Shown here: one piece after another, positions 38,273 through 52,428 of the stretch
How the letters are laid out: each line of letters starts with the position of its first letter
Numbering within the stretch: the stretch's first letter is position 1
Origin: Moniliella sp. 'wahieum'
Taxonomy: Eukaryota
Assembly: GCA_003971905.1 (NCBI GenBank)
Contig: RSEE01000076.1
Span: 1-64,000, forward strand
DNA length: 64,000 bases
Direction: 5' to 3'
The notes under the pieces: generated by a model
Database searches by the model: none
Seen by the model: the letters and a program-made list of their open reading frames with translations, nothing else
What the model was told of the DNA's origin: nothing
Position numbers and translations under genes: made by a program

Positions 38273-39308
38273 GGTACGTGTGGTCGTCAAGTTCACGCAG
38301 CGGCGTAGCAGCACGGAAGAAGCGGTTGAGGCGCGGGCAAAGTCAGCTGGGCCGAGCAAACGTGAGGGGAACGGGTGTGCGATGGGGCGGGGCATATGTG
38401 TAGTGCAGGGTGATATAAGGAAAAAAGAGGAAGGCAGGGCTGAGGCTGAGAGCCCAAATGCGCACTCTCGGCGCTTCAATTTATCTCCGTCCGTGCGAGG
38501 GAGCCATTGGACTCAACCACTCAACTCAACGTATCAACACTCACTCCAGGCCATCGCCTGCATCGCCAGCCACACTGAAGGAATCTGTTTGGAGTCCCCC
38601 ATCGCCGAGTGGCCCAGGAGAGCCCACACCCCTTCCCTCCTCCCTCCTCTGAGAGCCTAATTTGAGCTCTAATAGCCCTCTCCAACGCTTCCCCTTCAGG
38701 TGCGATCTACGATAGTCGATAGGAGACCTACAGCTAGAAAGAAGAAAGCCGCGGATTCTGGGCTCCGCGCTCCTCTCTCACCACGTGCCCATGTGCCGGA
38801 ACTGAACGCACTACTGTACAGCTATCTAGTACTTCTTCTGCCCATCATGTTGAGGCTGAGACTCAGGCCCAGCGCTCAGCCGCTCACCTCCTCAAACCCG
38901 CTCGCCGCTTCGCATAGCCCCACCTCGGCTCGGTGGGCTGCGGCGTGTGGCAAGGCGTGTGGGCGCGGCGGGCAACGCAGCAAAGAGCATCGCAGTCACG
39001 GATGGAAACGTCGGCGATACCCGGACGTAGACGGATTTTTTTGGCGATACGCGGACATAGACGGTCGACCTAATCCGCTCTTTCGTCCGGTCGCCCGAAC
39101 GCCCCTATCGGGCTTAGTTGTACTTGGTACTTGTGCAGTGGGATTCCTTGGTCCCCAGCACACATGTCCATGCGTAGATGACTCGACGATGACTCGATGG
39201 CTGGGCACAACTACAACCGCACCGACCGTACCCCGCTCGAACCACCCAAAAATTAACCTGCGTTCCCTGCCGTGCTAATCTGCGCTATTAAAACTGGCAT
39301 GACCCAAG

Positions 39309-39630
39309 TGCTAGAGAGAGGGTAGTGCTAGGGTTCCCCTGCACGGCCCTATGCCCGCCTACTAGCCATGCCGGGCGGGAAAAAAGGCCCGTTCGCACGT
39401 TGCGCACCGCCTGTGCTCATTATTCCACCATGCACCATGTATCCTCCCCCTCCTCTTCCTCCTGTTTCCTGTTTCCATTTCCCTTCAGACGTTGGTGGAA
39501 GACGTAGTTCGTGTGGCTCACCACTTTGCCATGTCTTCACACCTTGGCTGAAGGCTGCGTTGCAGCTGTGTGCAAGTGTGATCCCTAGGATGGGGACGAA
39601 TGCTCCAAGTCAAGTCGCACTCTACTAGCA
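39309..39630 (+). mobile_element. Solo LTR (family A, copy 2)
   Basis: TGCTAG...CTAGCA termini; flanks ccaag/ccaac (TSD with 1 mismatch); shares agagggtagtgcta, ctgcacggccct, tcaccacttt, ctgaaggctgc.ttgcagctg and caagtcgcactcta with copy 1. Confidence 0.75.
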
Positions 39631-41279
39631 CCAACTAAAGGGGGGGAAACCGGTAACTGGTAAGTGGGTAACCCCGGTAACCGTCGTGCCTCGGACCCAT
39701 CTCGAAGCTTGAAGTTTGAAGGTTGACGCACTTGACGCGCTTGACGTGAGCTTGACGTGGGCACGGGGGCGCGTTTGACGGGAATAATGCGCTGCATGTA
39801 GACCGCCCGTTGGACTTCAAATACTGAGTACTGATTACTGATTGGCCTTTGCCCCGACGGAGTCGGTGATGCGGGGTGGGGTCTTGGGCCTTTTAGTTGG
39901 GTGTGACATGTGAGATGTGAAATGAAGTGGGGCACTTTGGGCGGTAGAACATGATGAGGGTGCCAGGGTGGGTAAGGTTCAGGCTGAGCGCTGCTGAGCG
40001 CGCTGAGCGCGTATATCCCTCAGGCTGAGGTCTCGTTCGACTCTCAGCAACACAGCGAGCTGCGTACGAGTTGGGAGGCAAAGGGCGGCGGTACGGTCTA
40101 GTACGATCTAAGAGGAGACCTGTGGGAAGATACGATGTGCCGATTGGAGATGTGCGAAAAGGAGGAAGCAAGGGCGTGGGACGGATCCCCCTTTTGCGCG
40201 TAGATATCGAGAGTGGGGGCGGAAAGGGGGAAAAGAAAAGGAGGGCAGATGGCACTGGCACATGGCTCTCGAGAGAAAGCAATGCGAAACGCATAACAGG
40301 AGGTGGGGGAGTGGAGAGGGGGTGTTGGGTGCACACGAAAAGGGGGTGGGGCCTGAGGTGAGGCTGGCTGAGAGCGCTGAGATTAGATGTGGGATGCTGA
40401 GAGGCGGGTGAGATGGGCGAGCGACGCTGGCCTGTGGGTTGGGATGGACGTTTTGCGGTTGAGGCTGATAATCGATAAGCGCAAGTGGCAAGCGGTAAGC
40501 GGCAAGTTAATGGCTTGGCATAGAAAGCTGAAAGTTGAATGCGGAATGCGGAATGTTGACGTCACTAGTCACTAGTGCCTGCACCCTGCACCCTGGCTGC
40601 CACGCAGCGCAATGAAATGTTGAGGGCCAAGCCGAGCCAGAGAACGTTCTGTCGCGGCTCTGGGTTCGGATTGTGCGCTGGCGGAGCGCTGAGCCTCAGC
40701 GCTGACGCCCTGCGCACGATTCGATTGCGATCGCTGACTGCTGAAAGTAGCCATTTCAAATTTCAAATGGGAAGGCGCGCCCAGCTGCCGTCTGAGATCT
40801 CACCGCTCCCCCCCACCGTTCCCCGCACCCAACACTGGCCTCCCCGCGCTGCGTCTTTCGCCCGGCCGCGGCCTCTGTGGGCGCGGGAGCAGTGTCGCGT
40901 GCGCTCGCCACGGCGCGGCCGCCCCGCACGCGGCCAGTGCCCGGCGCGCATAGGGGCACACACCCCGCCGTGCCCGCTGCCCCGGCCCGGGAGCGCTGTG
41001 CGCGGCCGGACGGCACGGCGGCGGCGGGAGCGGGCAGCGGCACGGGGGCAGCCGACGGCGCGTGTCGGCCGTAGGCTGCTCTCCTGTCGCGTCCATGCAC
41101 TGTGCCCGCACTGGCCGGCACTGGCCTGCCCTCGCCCTCCTTGCAGCATTCGCTCCCTAATTTCAGATCGCCCTCCAGCGTCCGTGCCTGCACGCAGCCC
41201 AGCCTGAACGCAGCCCATCCGTCCCATCCCATCGTATCCCCATCTCCTCCGCCGCCGCCGCCCCACCACCACCGCCCCC

Positions 41280-44200
41280 ATGGACCGCATCGACGGCGTG
41301 CGCGCACGCATCTTCGTCGCCGCCCAGGGCGACGCGCTGCGTGCGCTTGCTGCCCAGCTCGAGGCGCTCCAGCACTGGGCCCTCAACCTCGCCGGCCGCC
41401 ACCCCGCCCGCGGCCCCGCCCAGCCCTACGTCTGGACGCGCCAGGTGCCCCATGTCCGCGCCCGCCAGCCCCTGCGCCCCACGCCCCCGGCCAGCTGCGC
41501 ATCGCCACCCGCACCGACGGCGCGATCGAGGACGAGTATGTGCTCGCCTTCCTCGTCCACACCCTCACAGCCACCCCCGCCGCCACCATCCTCTCCCCGC
41601 CGCCCAGATCCACGACAAGGCCGGCGAGTTTCTCCTGGTCGATGCCGCGGATGCGCTCGAGGCCCATCCCGAGCTCCACTGGGCCACCCCCGACTCGGCC
41701 CCCGGTCGCGTGTGGATCGCCGACAGCCACCTGCACCTTGTTTCCCCCACCCTTGTCTATGCCGTGGCCGCTGCCGCCGGCGTCGACCCGCTGCCTCGCC
41801 GCCACCCCAATGTCGACTGGGACGACGAGCCGCCTCCCAATGCGTCCGTGTGCACCGTGCTGGACTACTTGGCCTCCAACCCGCCTGCGTCCCAGACCGC
41901 CCCCTCGCTCTCTGGCTCGCGCCGCGCCGAGGCGGAGCAGGACCCTCCCCTCTGCGCGCCGATGTGGGCAGTGCGATTGTACGCTGTCCCGCCTGGCGGC
42001 AGTACAGCCGCGCGCCAGCCGATGTTGAGGCCAGTGCCTTTTCGCGCGTGCTGCCCCCACGCCAGCGGATGCGCAGTTATCGCTTCCCTTGCCACCTGCG
42101 CTGCACGTTGCTCGGTCGACGCAGCACGTTACCCTCGCCCTCGTCTCGCCCTTGGTGGCCAAAGTGCTACAGTTTGACCCGCAAACTGTCTCCACTGCTG
42201 CCCACGTCTTTCTCGCCGCGACCGGCACGAACAACGCCATGCCCACCGCATGACCCGCTTTGGTACCGGCACCTCGCTCTACCTCCCGCCCGTGCTGGAC
42301 ACGTGCGTTTGCGAGCTGATCCAGCCCAGGTCGGGCGGCAGCCCACGCCGCGTCCACTGCCCAGGGCATGACCCGTGCGGATCTGGACCAGGGTCATGCG
42401 GTCCTAGTACCCGTCGGGATGAGCAAGCGTCTCTACGCCACCTTGGTCGACGAGATGTACGTCCCGCCCCCGGCGTTTGGGCAGGACGGGTCGATGGCGT
42501 GGTGGCCTACCATCGGCTCCGTAGGCACGTCATCCAACAAGCCAAGGGCTTATGTCGCACTTTGAACATGTTCCTTCAGCGGCACTACGAGGTAGGTCGC
42601 TGGATGGACCTCGGCACCAAGTTGACCGTTGGAATGGAAATGGCTTATGCGGCGAGTCTCGAGAGGCGAAACCGGTCCCGTTCACTTCACCTTGCCACTC
42701 CTCCTCCTACGCTACCCCCGACCGAGGAGCAGAGGACAGCATGCCGTGCTGGCCTCGAGGCCTTGGGGTACGTTTCTCCTCTCCCGCCGTGGTGGACCGG
42801 ACCATTGCTCGGGCGGCGGTGATGGACGAGGCGGATGGTGCAGGTGCAGGTGCAGGGGAGGCTGTGCTGGATGATTTTGCACCGTTGGTAGACCGTATTG
42901 GGGAGACACCGACGACCGGGTCGCCTTACGATTGTCCTCGCTCCGTCCTGTCGAACAGGGCGACTACGAGACGTCGACGCGATGGTTCGAAGCGTCGCGC
43001 GTGTGTCCGTTGGTACGCCTCCCTGGGAACGCGAGCGTGAGCACCAGCGCGCACAGCAGGATGAGCAGAACCAAGAGCGGGAGTATGCGCACGAGGCGGA
43101 ACAAGAGGCTCAAGCGATGCTCACTGATCTCGGTCACCAGATGGACCAGTTCCTCCACCACCGTCCGCCGATTACCGTGGCGCCACGTTGACGATGACCC
43201 CAAAGACGACGAGGACGAGGACGAGGATGAGGACGAGGACGATGAAGAGGAGGAGGACTTTTCAGATTCGGAGCACGATGACGATGCGGAGATGATGGGG
43301 TCGTCGTTTGGCGCCACGTCCTTGGGCACACTTGGGCCACGTTCCGTCGCCCCAGTCCAAAGGAAAAGGATCGTTGGACCTGCGTGCGCGTCAGGCTGCG
43401 TTGGAGCAGCCGAGCTATGGACCCAACCGCCCGCGCCGAGGCACAGAAGAACCTCGTTGCCCCTCTCGAGGGTAAGTGGGGCGCAGCGGAACAAGATGCG
43501 AGCAAGAGCTGATCCAGACCCAGAACGCGAACGCGAAAGGGAATGAGAATGAGGAGGGAAGAAGAAGAAAGCTTGTTGCTCATCACCATCAACAACAACA
43601 AAACAACAACATCAACCTGCTGAGCTTCGACCCCGCCGGCGTCCCAGCTACTCTCCACCTCGGCGCCTACCCCGGCCTCCAACCTGACCCACATTCCCAT
43701 TCAACCGCTCGGCGCGGCCGAACTGGCTTCGCTCTTCCCCAGTGGGCAGTGGCAGTGGCAGTGGCAGTGCCGGGAGCTTGTCGAAAGGGGACCATGTCAC
43801 TTCGACGGCATGGCGACCGTCGGGATTTACCACTGCACCTCCTATTCTTCTTCGACGGGTTCAGCTTCGGGTTCAGCTTCGGGTCTAGGTCTGGGTTCGA
43901 GTTCGGTTCCGGGTTCGGTTTCGGTGTCGGCCGGATCCACTGCCCCGACCAGCCCGGGGCAAGCCAAGGACGAACCACGACCTCAACCCCAACCCAACTA
44001 CAACTACAACCACAATTACAACTACAGGCGCGACCAACTAAGAAGACTCGTCCCAATCCCGCTCCGACCAAGGTCAATGCACCGCTGACCTTGGCCCGCG
44101 GTTTCCTCAACCGTCCGCGCGGACGCAAGACCGCGCCCGGACCAGCACCTGGACCGGGGACTGGAACGGTCGGAACGCTGGCAAACGGACCAAGTCAAAG

Positions 44201-45346
44201 CGTTGCGCGCTTCCTTACGCCCGCCCCAGCCGTACGACGGAGCGGAAGATGTAGACTCGGACGAAGATGTGGGTGTTGATCTTGCCGGTTTGGCCGGGTC
44301 GAAGATACATCCCGCCTCCGCCTCTGCCGCCGGTTCTGCTTCTGCTTCTGCTTCTGCTTTTGAATCAGCTTGGGTGTCTGCTGCGCCCTCGTCGTCGACG
44401 GGGTTGGACGACCCGGATGCGATTCCCGATTCGGAGATTGATGCTTTTCTCCGGTTTGCGGTGGAGCAACTGGGTTTGAATGAGCAACAGTACAATTCAT
44501 TGGGAGGAACGTCGAGCTAGAGGAGGTTAAGTCCATCCCCCCATCCCACCTATCCATCCCATTCCACCCTACCCCCCATCCTATTCTTTTCTTGTCCCCT
44601 TGTTCCGCGTCATGCTGTGCTAGAGAACGGAAAAACTGACGCTCTTGTTCTTGTTCTGTCTCGGTCTAGCTATGTACCGGGCGACGATCCTAGGACGGGG
44701 CGAACGCGCTGCCCGGGTCTTCCCGGCGCGCACCTCGATACGTTGACCAATTGAGGATAAGATGGATGCGCACTTGGCCCAACGCAACCCCGCCCCAGCT
44801 TCGGCTTCGGTTCCGGTTTCGGCTGGCGCGACCAACTCTGGTCCAGGAGCACGACCACGCCACGCCGCGCGGCGGCAAGGGAGAACGGCAAGGATACTAC
44901 CAAGGGCGCAAAGGCAAGGGTAAGGGCAAAGCGCGTGCGGTGGACCAAGATATCGAGCAAGAAATGGAGGACGATGAGGAGATGGACATGTCCATGGAGG
45001 ACGATGAGGGATGGACATGGAGGCGCAACAAGCCGAGGTACTTTCTCATCTCGGAGCGAAAGGGGACGAGATGGCCATCTTGGCTGCGCTCGGGTCGCAG
45101 GCCGAGTTGGATGCGCATGCTGGCTCGGTGTTGGGTCACTTGGGCCACTTGGACCACCCACCCACGCACCACACATTCACATTCACACGCACTGCGCCCC
45201 AGCCATGCACATGCACATGCACATGCACATGCCATGCACACGGTTCGTCTTCGGAAGGTGCCATGGTCGGTGTCCAGGCGCTCGTCGCGCGCTTACGCCA
45301 ATCGGGCCATTCGCTCACCAGATCCCTCCCGCTCCCAGTCCGTTGA
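41280..45346 (+). CDS. Ecdysoneless/SGT1-domain protein (3' end uncertain)
   Basis: PYVWT, DGAIEDEYVLAFLV, DKAGEFLLVDAADAL..WATPDSAPGRVWI..HLHLV, MSKRLYATL, DLGTKLTVGMEMAY, an acidic tract, EIDAFLRFAVEQLGL. A probable intron at ~44525-44668 extends the CDS beyond 44520; many frameshifts. Confidence 0.75.
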
Positions 45347-46774
45347 CTTGAACTCAGGTCACAAGGCACCTCCAGTCGGTTCAAGGAAGGGAGCTGTTGA
45401 GCATGGGCATGGCCATGAGCAGGGGAAGGGTAACCAGGCACGCTTGCGACCCGAATGGAGGGAGGAAGGGAGGTGTAAACTTACCCCTCGGTTGGTGGGT
45501 ATGTTGTTACTGCTTTATTCTTGATCCTTCCTTCCCTCCCTCCCCCTTACCACCCTTTGCTCCCTTTTTTCCTTGCCTTGCTTTGCTCTACCTACATCTA
45601 CCCAATACCTTTCCCCTCGCCCATGGCACCACGGCTCGTGTGCCCTCGCCACGCTTAGCCGCGCCTACCCGCCCACATCCCCCTTATTTCTTTCCTTCAT
45701 TCCCTCTTCCTTCTTCGGCTGTTCCCACCATCGGCTCATCTCGCCTCTCGCCATCTCATCCTCTCCTTTTTGGTTCCTGTAGTTGGTCTCCCGCAGTTCC
45801 TCCCCCCTTCATTCTGTTCCCCCCCGCCGTTCTCCCTCTTTTCCCTCCCTTTCCCTCGTCTCTTTGTCCCCTCTCGTCCCTCTCGTCCCCTCTCGTCCTT
45901 CGTCCCTTCACATCTGGGGCTCTGTCCGACTAGGCGCGCTTGATTCAATTGGCGCTGTACTGTGGATACCGTTTTGTATTCCATCCCATCCCATCCCATC
46001 CCACCCAGTCCATTCCTTCCATCGTGGCCTCGTAGACAGTTTCGTCTGAAGCTGAAGCTTGAAGCTTGAAGCTTGGGAGTCGCCTCAGTCTCAATCCTCA
46101 ATCCTCAGTCCTCAGTCCTCAATCTTCCGTGAGCTCAGTACGCCGTCCGCAGTACTCACCGTTCCGACGGACGTACGTTAAACGTGTAGGACTAGTAGAA
46201 TACGGATGGGGACAGGCAGCCCGCCCCCCTGCCCATGTGCGGGTGCGTTCTCAGTTCTCTGTCGTTTAGGCGATTGCGGGTGATCGCTACTGGATCAGTC
46301 ACCAGTTGATAGGTCGCTAGTACTGGTATACTATACGGTTGTTAGCTGGTTGCCACCTGTGCCTTTCCAACAGATCGAGCCTGTCTAGAGTTCACCCTGT
46401 TCATGGTAGAAGCAAGTAGAGCGGCGCGAAGTCTGTTGTGTTCGACAGGCTGTTATGTCAATGATGCAGCAGAAGCTGACCAGGGATAGTACTAACGAAT
46501 AGATAACGAGGCCATTAGATTAGCCGAGAGAACAGTGCAAACTGCAACCAGCATATGGAAAACAGCCAAAGGACCAGAGACGCCACAGGAAGCAGTGGGA
46601 GAGGTGGGAGGGGGTACCGATCGTCCGGAGCAACTAATAGCTCCTTTCACACCAACACATTCTCGTTGACCCCAGCAAACCCAACTAACAAGCCCACCCT
46701 TCATCATCTCCTTCTCCCTTCCTGCCACACATGGAGACCTGAGCGGGTGACCGACGCCGCCTCGCATCGACCTT

Positions 46775-47471
46775 TCAAGCCCCTCGGCGCGTAGAAGCAG
46801 ACAAGCCCGCAACGCGCTCTTTCGCTTCCCGCTCCACATGGGCACGCGCAAGTTGACCCAACACTTGCACTGCAGCCACACGGACCTGCTGCGTTTCCCG
46901 TACCAGCCAATCATGTTCGTCCCCATCCATCGCTCGGTCCTCGACCACCGCCGCTTCCACCTCGCCTAACCACTTGAACAGCGCACTGGCATCCAACACC
47001 TTCCCACTTGCTGTCCCGGACCCTGCACTTGCACCTCACCGTCCTTACCGGCCATACTGCGCGCAGCGACCGACCCCACGCTCCGCTCTTTCCCACTCGC
47101 GAGGAAAGAGGTACGCTGAGCGCACGTGGGCGAGCCAAGTAATCCGTCGGGACGCGGGACGGTGGGGAGCGTGTCGTCTCCCGTGTGTATCGAGGTGGGG
47201 TACGGGGGCGCGAGAGGGAAAAGGCAGAGGGAGAGGAAGGGTGGGGGCGTAAGGAGCACGTGGGGTGGCGAGAGAGTGAGTAGGGCGGGAAGTCGAAGAT
47301 TCGTCCGAGCCGAGAGGTGGGGTGACAGCCATTGTGGTCAGAACACTTGTTCTGCTCTGGTCCCGCTGGTCCTCCTGTGTGTGGAAAGGTGGGGGGGGAC
47401 ATGAGTGTTCAGGGCAGACCGGGTCGGTGGGACAGTGGGAGTCGGGTGCAGGACGTGCGCGTGAGTATGTG

Positions 47472-47505
<34 letters not shown>

Positions 47506-49515
47506 AGCATGTGTTGGGCCGCCATCGCGTGGGGAGGTGGGTGAGGCGAGTCCCGGTGCAGTGGGGCGACGATGAGGAGCAAACAGACCTCGTAATTTCT
47601 TGCCTGCCTTGGCAGACACAAGAGTCGGGACAGGAAGTAGTTTCGTGGTACTCGCCGCGTCCGAACCAAGCGACGAACGTCCGCGTCCAGTAGACGGGGA
47701 GGGGGACATGGATGATGCCAGCGTATCTGCCGGACCATCCCCATGAGGCCACCCACTAGTCCGCTCCCGATCCTTCTGGCTCGAAGACGAGACGATATGT
47801 AGGGACTTGGAGCCCCGTAGGGTGCGGACGGTATCACTACCAGTAGGCAATGGCACCCCACGCACTTTGGCTTCCACATCGTCCTTCCCAATCCCCTCGA
47901 CTCCCGCAGCCAGGATAAACGTAGGCGCAGGGAACGATCGGTTGGGACGGGGCGAGGATGCGGTGCCAGCCGTGCGGCGTCGACGGGCGGATCGACTGGA
48001 GGGCAACGATAATGAACCTGCTGAGGTGGAAGATCTCAAAGAACCTGGGTCCGTGGCCGTGCTGACGGATTCGTCTGAGGGTTCACCAGTTGAGTTGTGG
48101 CGCACAGTACTCCCGGCACCTTCTTCGGCCGCAGAGGGTGTTGGGACCAACCCCAACGACGACGGCGCATCAAGCGCCGAAGTCGGCTCGGATAAACCAG
48201 ACCCAGACCCGGACCTTGGAGCGGCAGCCACTGAGACGACATCGACGTCCGGGCGAGGGGAACGCGAGCGAAGCCAGAGGCTGATCAAACGAGTTTACCA
48301 GCGCACCCAACCGCGCTGGGTCCGTGGCCAAAGGTAGTCTATTCCCGCAAGGGCACGAGCATAGAATTTTGCGGAAGGAGAATGTAGCGTGCTGGACGAG
48401 ATGGCGGAAGCCGACGGAGGATGGGGACTGAAGCTGAGGCCAATGTCTTGGGAGATCGTGACGCTGCCAACGCACTTTCAGTCACCAACACACTGGACGT
48501 TTTCCGTTGGCGTGGCTCGTCTCCCACCAGAGGCGCGAGGCTGCGTCTTCACCGGCTCGTTGGGAAAAGACGGTGGACCGGCGGCAGTGCGCTCGAGCAA
48601 AGAGGAAGCCATCACTTCCTTGGCCGCCCAGGGGCTGGGGCTGGAGGGTCGGGCTGGGCCAAAAGCCAGGGCGGGGCGTCAGAGCGGGAGAGGACACGCA
48701 GACTGGGATCTCTTCTGTCCGAAGAGAAAGGGGGAGGAGGAGGAGGCAGATGGATCATCGGCTCTCCCTCTCTCTCTCCCTCCGCTCTTCATCTGAATCA
48801 GCGTCCAATTCAGCAGCAAGCGACTGGGCAGGCATCACACGCTTCATCGCCTGCGGCACAGAGGTACCAATCCACCGGCAATGCGCAGGGCGCGGGTGCG
48901 CGCCTCGTGGTCCGACCAGGGGGACAGTGAAGGCGCAGGCACCGATGAAGCAGGCGAGGCAACCGGCGAGGTTTGTGCCGTCGTCGTGACCAGCGGAGCT
49001 GGACCGACGCTGGTGAGCGAGGCGGGCGAAATGGATACGGGTTTGAAGCCGATGTGGACGGTGGGGGGGAGTGGGGCGGGGCCAGTCGATCCGCCTTGCG
49101 CACTACGGCCACTACCGGGTCCGGTGAGGGCGAGTCGGACGGGGACGGAGACGGGGATGCGGACGGGGACGGGGACGGAGACGGGGACGTGGACGGGGAC
49201 GGGGATGGGAGGGAGGGGAAGGCGGCGAGTTCTTCGATTGGCGTTGCGGGTGCTGCGGGCGATGGGGCTGCTGGCTGTGGTTGGCGGGGCGGGGGAGAAG
49301 CGAGCGGCGCTGGGCGGCTGGTGGCGGAGGAACGCGGGGAAGATGGGGGCCTGTCAGGAGGCGCGGGGAGGGGAAGACGGGGGGGGGCGGGGAGGAGGAG
49401 CGGGGCTGACATGGCTGCGGGCGCGGCTGTGGGCCGGGCTGGGGGCGGGGCTGGGGGCGGAGGGAGAGCTGAAGTCCTCGGGCGCGAAGAGGAGGGAGGA
49501 GACGGCGTCGGACAT
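46775..49515 (-). CDS. Hypothetical large Ser/Pro-rich protein
   Basis: Chain of overlapping minus-strand ORFs (MSDAVSSLLFAPEDF..., 48810-49412, 47338-48288, 47045-47752, 46775-46999) with coding-like triplet/hexamer repeats; no domain recognised. Confidence 0.45.
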
Positions 49516-52428
49516 GAAGCTTATTGACCAGGACGGCGGGCGAGGGGAGGATTGGTTGGAGTGACCAGCGTGACTAGGTGACGGATGGTGATGGTGGTAA
49601 GCGGGGATGCAGTAGGAGGAAACGTACGAGCAGTTACAAAGTGCAAAGCAAAGCGATGAAGCAAAACAAAGCAAAGCAAAACACATGCGCAAAGCACGAG
49701 CAATAGCCCCTCGGGTTTAGGCGGCCCGAGGGAAACTACTAGGACCAAGAAGCCATACGCGGTCGCATCCTGTCCCAGCTCTCCATCCGGCAAGTGGCTG
49801 TCGCAATCAGCCGGCGGCTACTGGCGCAGCTCTAACGGCTATACACTCTGCCGTGTATATCAGGCATCTGCACCATGCACATGTGCATCACATCGATCCT
49901 CAGATCTTCAGAGGCCGATTTCACAGGTCTCGGATCGATCCCGCTTCCGGCTTCGACGGTTGCACCTTTACCCACCCAGCCGGACCAGCCGCACCAGCCG
50001 CACCAGCCGCACTAGCCGCACCGCCCGCGACGGGTGTCCTCGTGGCAAGGCGTGGTAGAGCGTGGCTGCTTGTTCAAGGATGGATGATTGGGCAACACAG
50101 GTCACCGGCAATGTGGAACCCCGACACTACGCCACCCCTTGGCTGGGACAGGGTAGCCAAGGCCCGAGCCAGGGTACCTGTTGCAGGATTATGGATTAGG
50201 CCGAGTGGGGCTAGTGGGGCTGAATTCTGAGATCCGAGAGGCTGAGGCTGATGGGCCTGGAAACTTCCGATCGGTGCCCGTCTCTGTGGATCTTCCTAAC
50301 ATGTAACAGACCAGACGGGACGGTCCGACGTATGTTGATGGTCGATGATGCAATGATGCATTGAGGCGCGATGATTAATTGATTGTTGATCGATGATCGA
50401 GATGAACAGTATCTCTACTTCGCTGCTAGCAACGACCAACTAGCAACCAGCTAGTCCAGGTTCGTCATAAATCACGAGGAAGTGCTATCGGATGATATTC
50501 TTAGTGCCTTCGCAACCTCCGCTTGCTTCTGTTGGAGGTCATAATAAGTAACTAGTAGCAACTTCTCATCCTGTCAAGCTTCAAGCTTCAAGCTTAGCTT
50601 CAAGCAGCTCCGACTATCGATTCGATACTGGGAACCACAGGGAGGCAGGTAACGCGCGGTAACGGGATCGGTAACGCGTAACGCGTAACTGTAAGCTTAC
50701 TGACAACGTACGTACCGACTTGTACGTACTCAAACTACGCCACGCGGACCACGTTCTCCACATCACAAGTTCAAACGCTAAACTGTGTAACTGAGTGTTG
50801 GGGTTTGGGATCCTATCTCAAGGGTTGTCCAGGGGCCAGCAACCCATTGGGGGAGCGTGCCCATTCCAACCTATCCCACCTATCCCAATCCTTCCTCCCG
50901 GCAAGGTGCAGCAGGGTGCAGGAAGGGTAATCATTAATCATTAATCAGTAACCACTAAGCACTAAGTACTAACAAGCCTTGTAGGGCAGAGGTGTGCCAG
51001 ATGCACCAGGGTGTCGCAGGGTGTAGCCCGGATTTAGCAGTGTCCGGTGCCCGGTGAGGCTGAGGCCTGTGGCTAGTAAGTTGCAGGAACTGACAACTGA
51101 AGTGGACAGGAACGCCCGGTTCTCGCTTGCAGCCACTAGTACCTCGTAGTAGCAACCTAGACACCTTTCCCGCCCGTCTCAGTGCGTCAGCGCCTGAGCG
51201 CTCAGCCAAATCGATGGACACACAGATTGTGACGTGTGGGAGTGTGGCAGTATGGCTTTGGAAACGGGGCTTGAAGCTCAAGCTTGGGCATAGGCACTTC
51301 TGCACCAGTGTGTCACATATCATGCATGTCAGCGCACGCTCAGCGCTCAGCAGGCGCCAACGCCTTCAAGCTTCGCTAGCTTCAAGCTCTTCAAACGCTG
51401 GAAGCTCTTCAAAAGCTTCAAGAGGCTCAGAGGCCCAGAGGCCCAGAGGCCCCGAAGCTCGCTCCGCGCTGAGCCTCCGCGCTGAGTACGAGTAGTATCC
51501 ACATCCTCAGATCTCAGAGCTTCCAGGTCTTAGGTCTGAGGTCTTGTCCTTAGGCCGTAGGGCTCGTTGGATAGGAGTCTGAACGTTGAACACGTTTGAA
51601 CGTTGAAAAAGTCGATAAGGTAAGCCTAAGCTGTGAAGAATGGAAGCTTCAAGCTTGAAGCCTGAAGCTTGAAGCTGGAACGTTGAACGAATTTTAGAAG
51701 GTGGGGGTTCCTTCCAAAGTTGAGACCTCTATGAGGGTTAGATGCGACCGCCCAAAGCCGAGAAGGTGCGACCGTCCTTAATGGGTTACTATCACAGTCG
51801 GGGCTAGGGTGAGGCCGGTGAGGGACGAAGACCCCAGTCGAGACTAGGTCAAGGGATGTAGCAATCATTCGTGGGTAAGAAGCAAGAGCAGAGGGCATGG
51901 CGCGAAGCGGAGGAACAGGGAAAGAGCGAGATGCTCGGGACGAATGAATTGGAGACGGGTACGAGATCAGCCAAGCTTGGGCAGCTACTACAAACACCCT
52001 TCATTCAGGTTGTCATACCTGGTGCCTTACGACCCTCCGCCCCCACCCGCGTGGGCAAGTTGGTAAACTAACCGTCAAATAAGGGATACCTAGTTCTCTC
52101 ACCCTCGCCCCATCCTAAAACTATAGGACACACACACGTTTTGGGACAGTATACAGGCATACATGTCATAAAGGGGACAGGGAAGTAACAACAAGCGTAC
52201 ACAGTTTGCAACCACAAGAGGTATCATGAAAGCAAATGCGAACATCCCAGAATAGATGTACAGGCCACACGGTCGACGTTGATCGCTAAGGGCTAGCCCA
52301 CCCGACGCTCGAGCTAAGAGGGGGAAGCAACAAAAGCAGCATCAGCAAGGACAAAAACAGGGAATCCAAACGGGGATCCGAGCGTGCAATCAACGAAACG
52401 ACCGCATGGCCTCTTCATGCGCCAACTT

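Noticed and set aside
30565..39630. One composite LTR element carrying RGS and yghU genes
   Set aside because: Each LTR has its own TSD, the outer flanks (agtta/ccaac) do not match, and no PBS, PPT or gag-pol lies between them.
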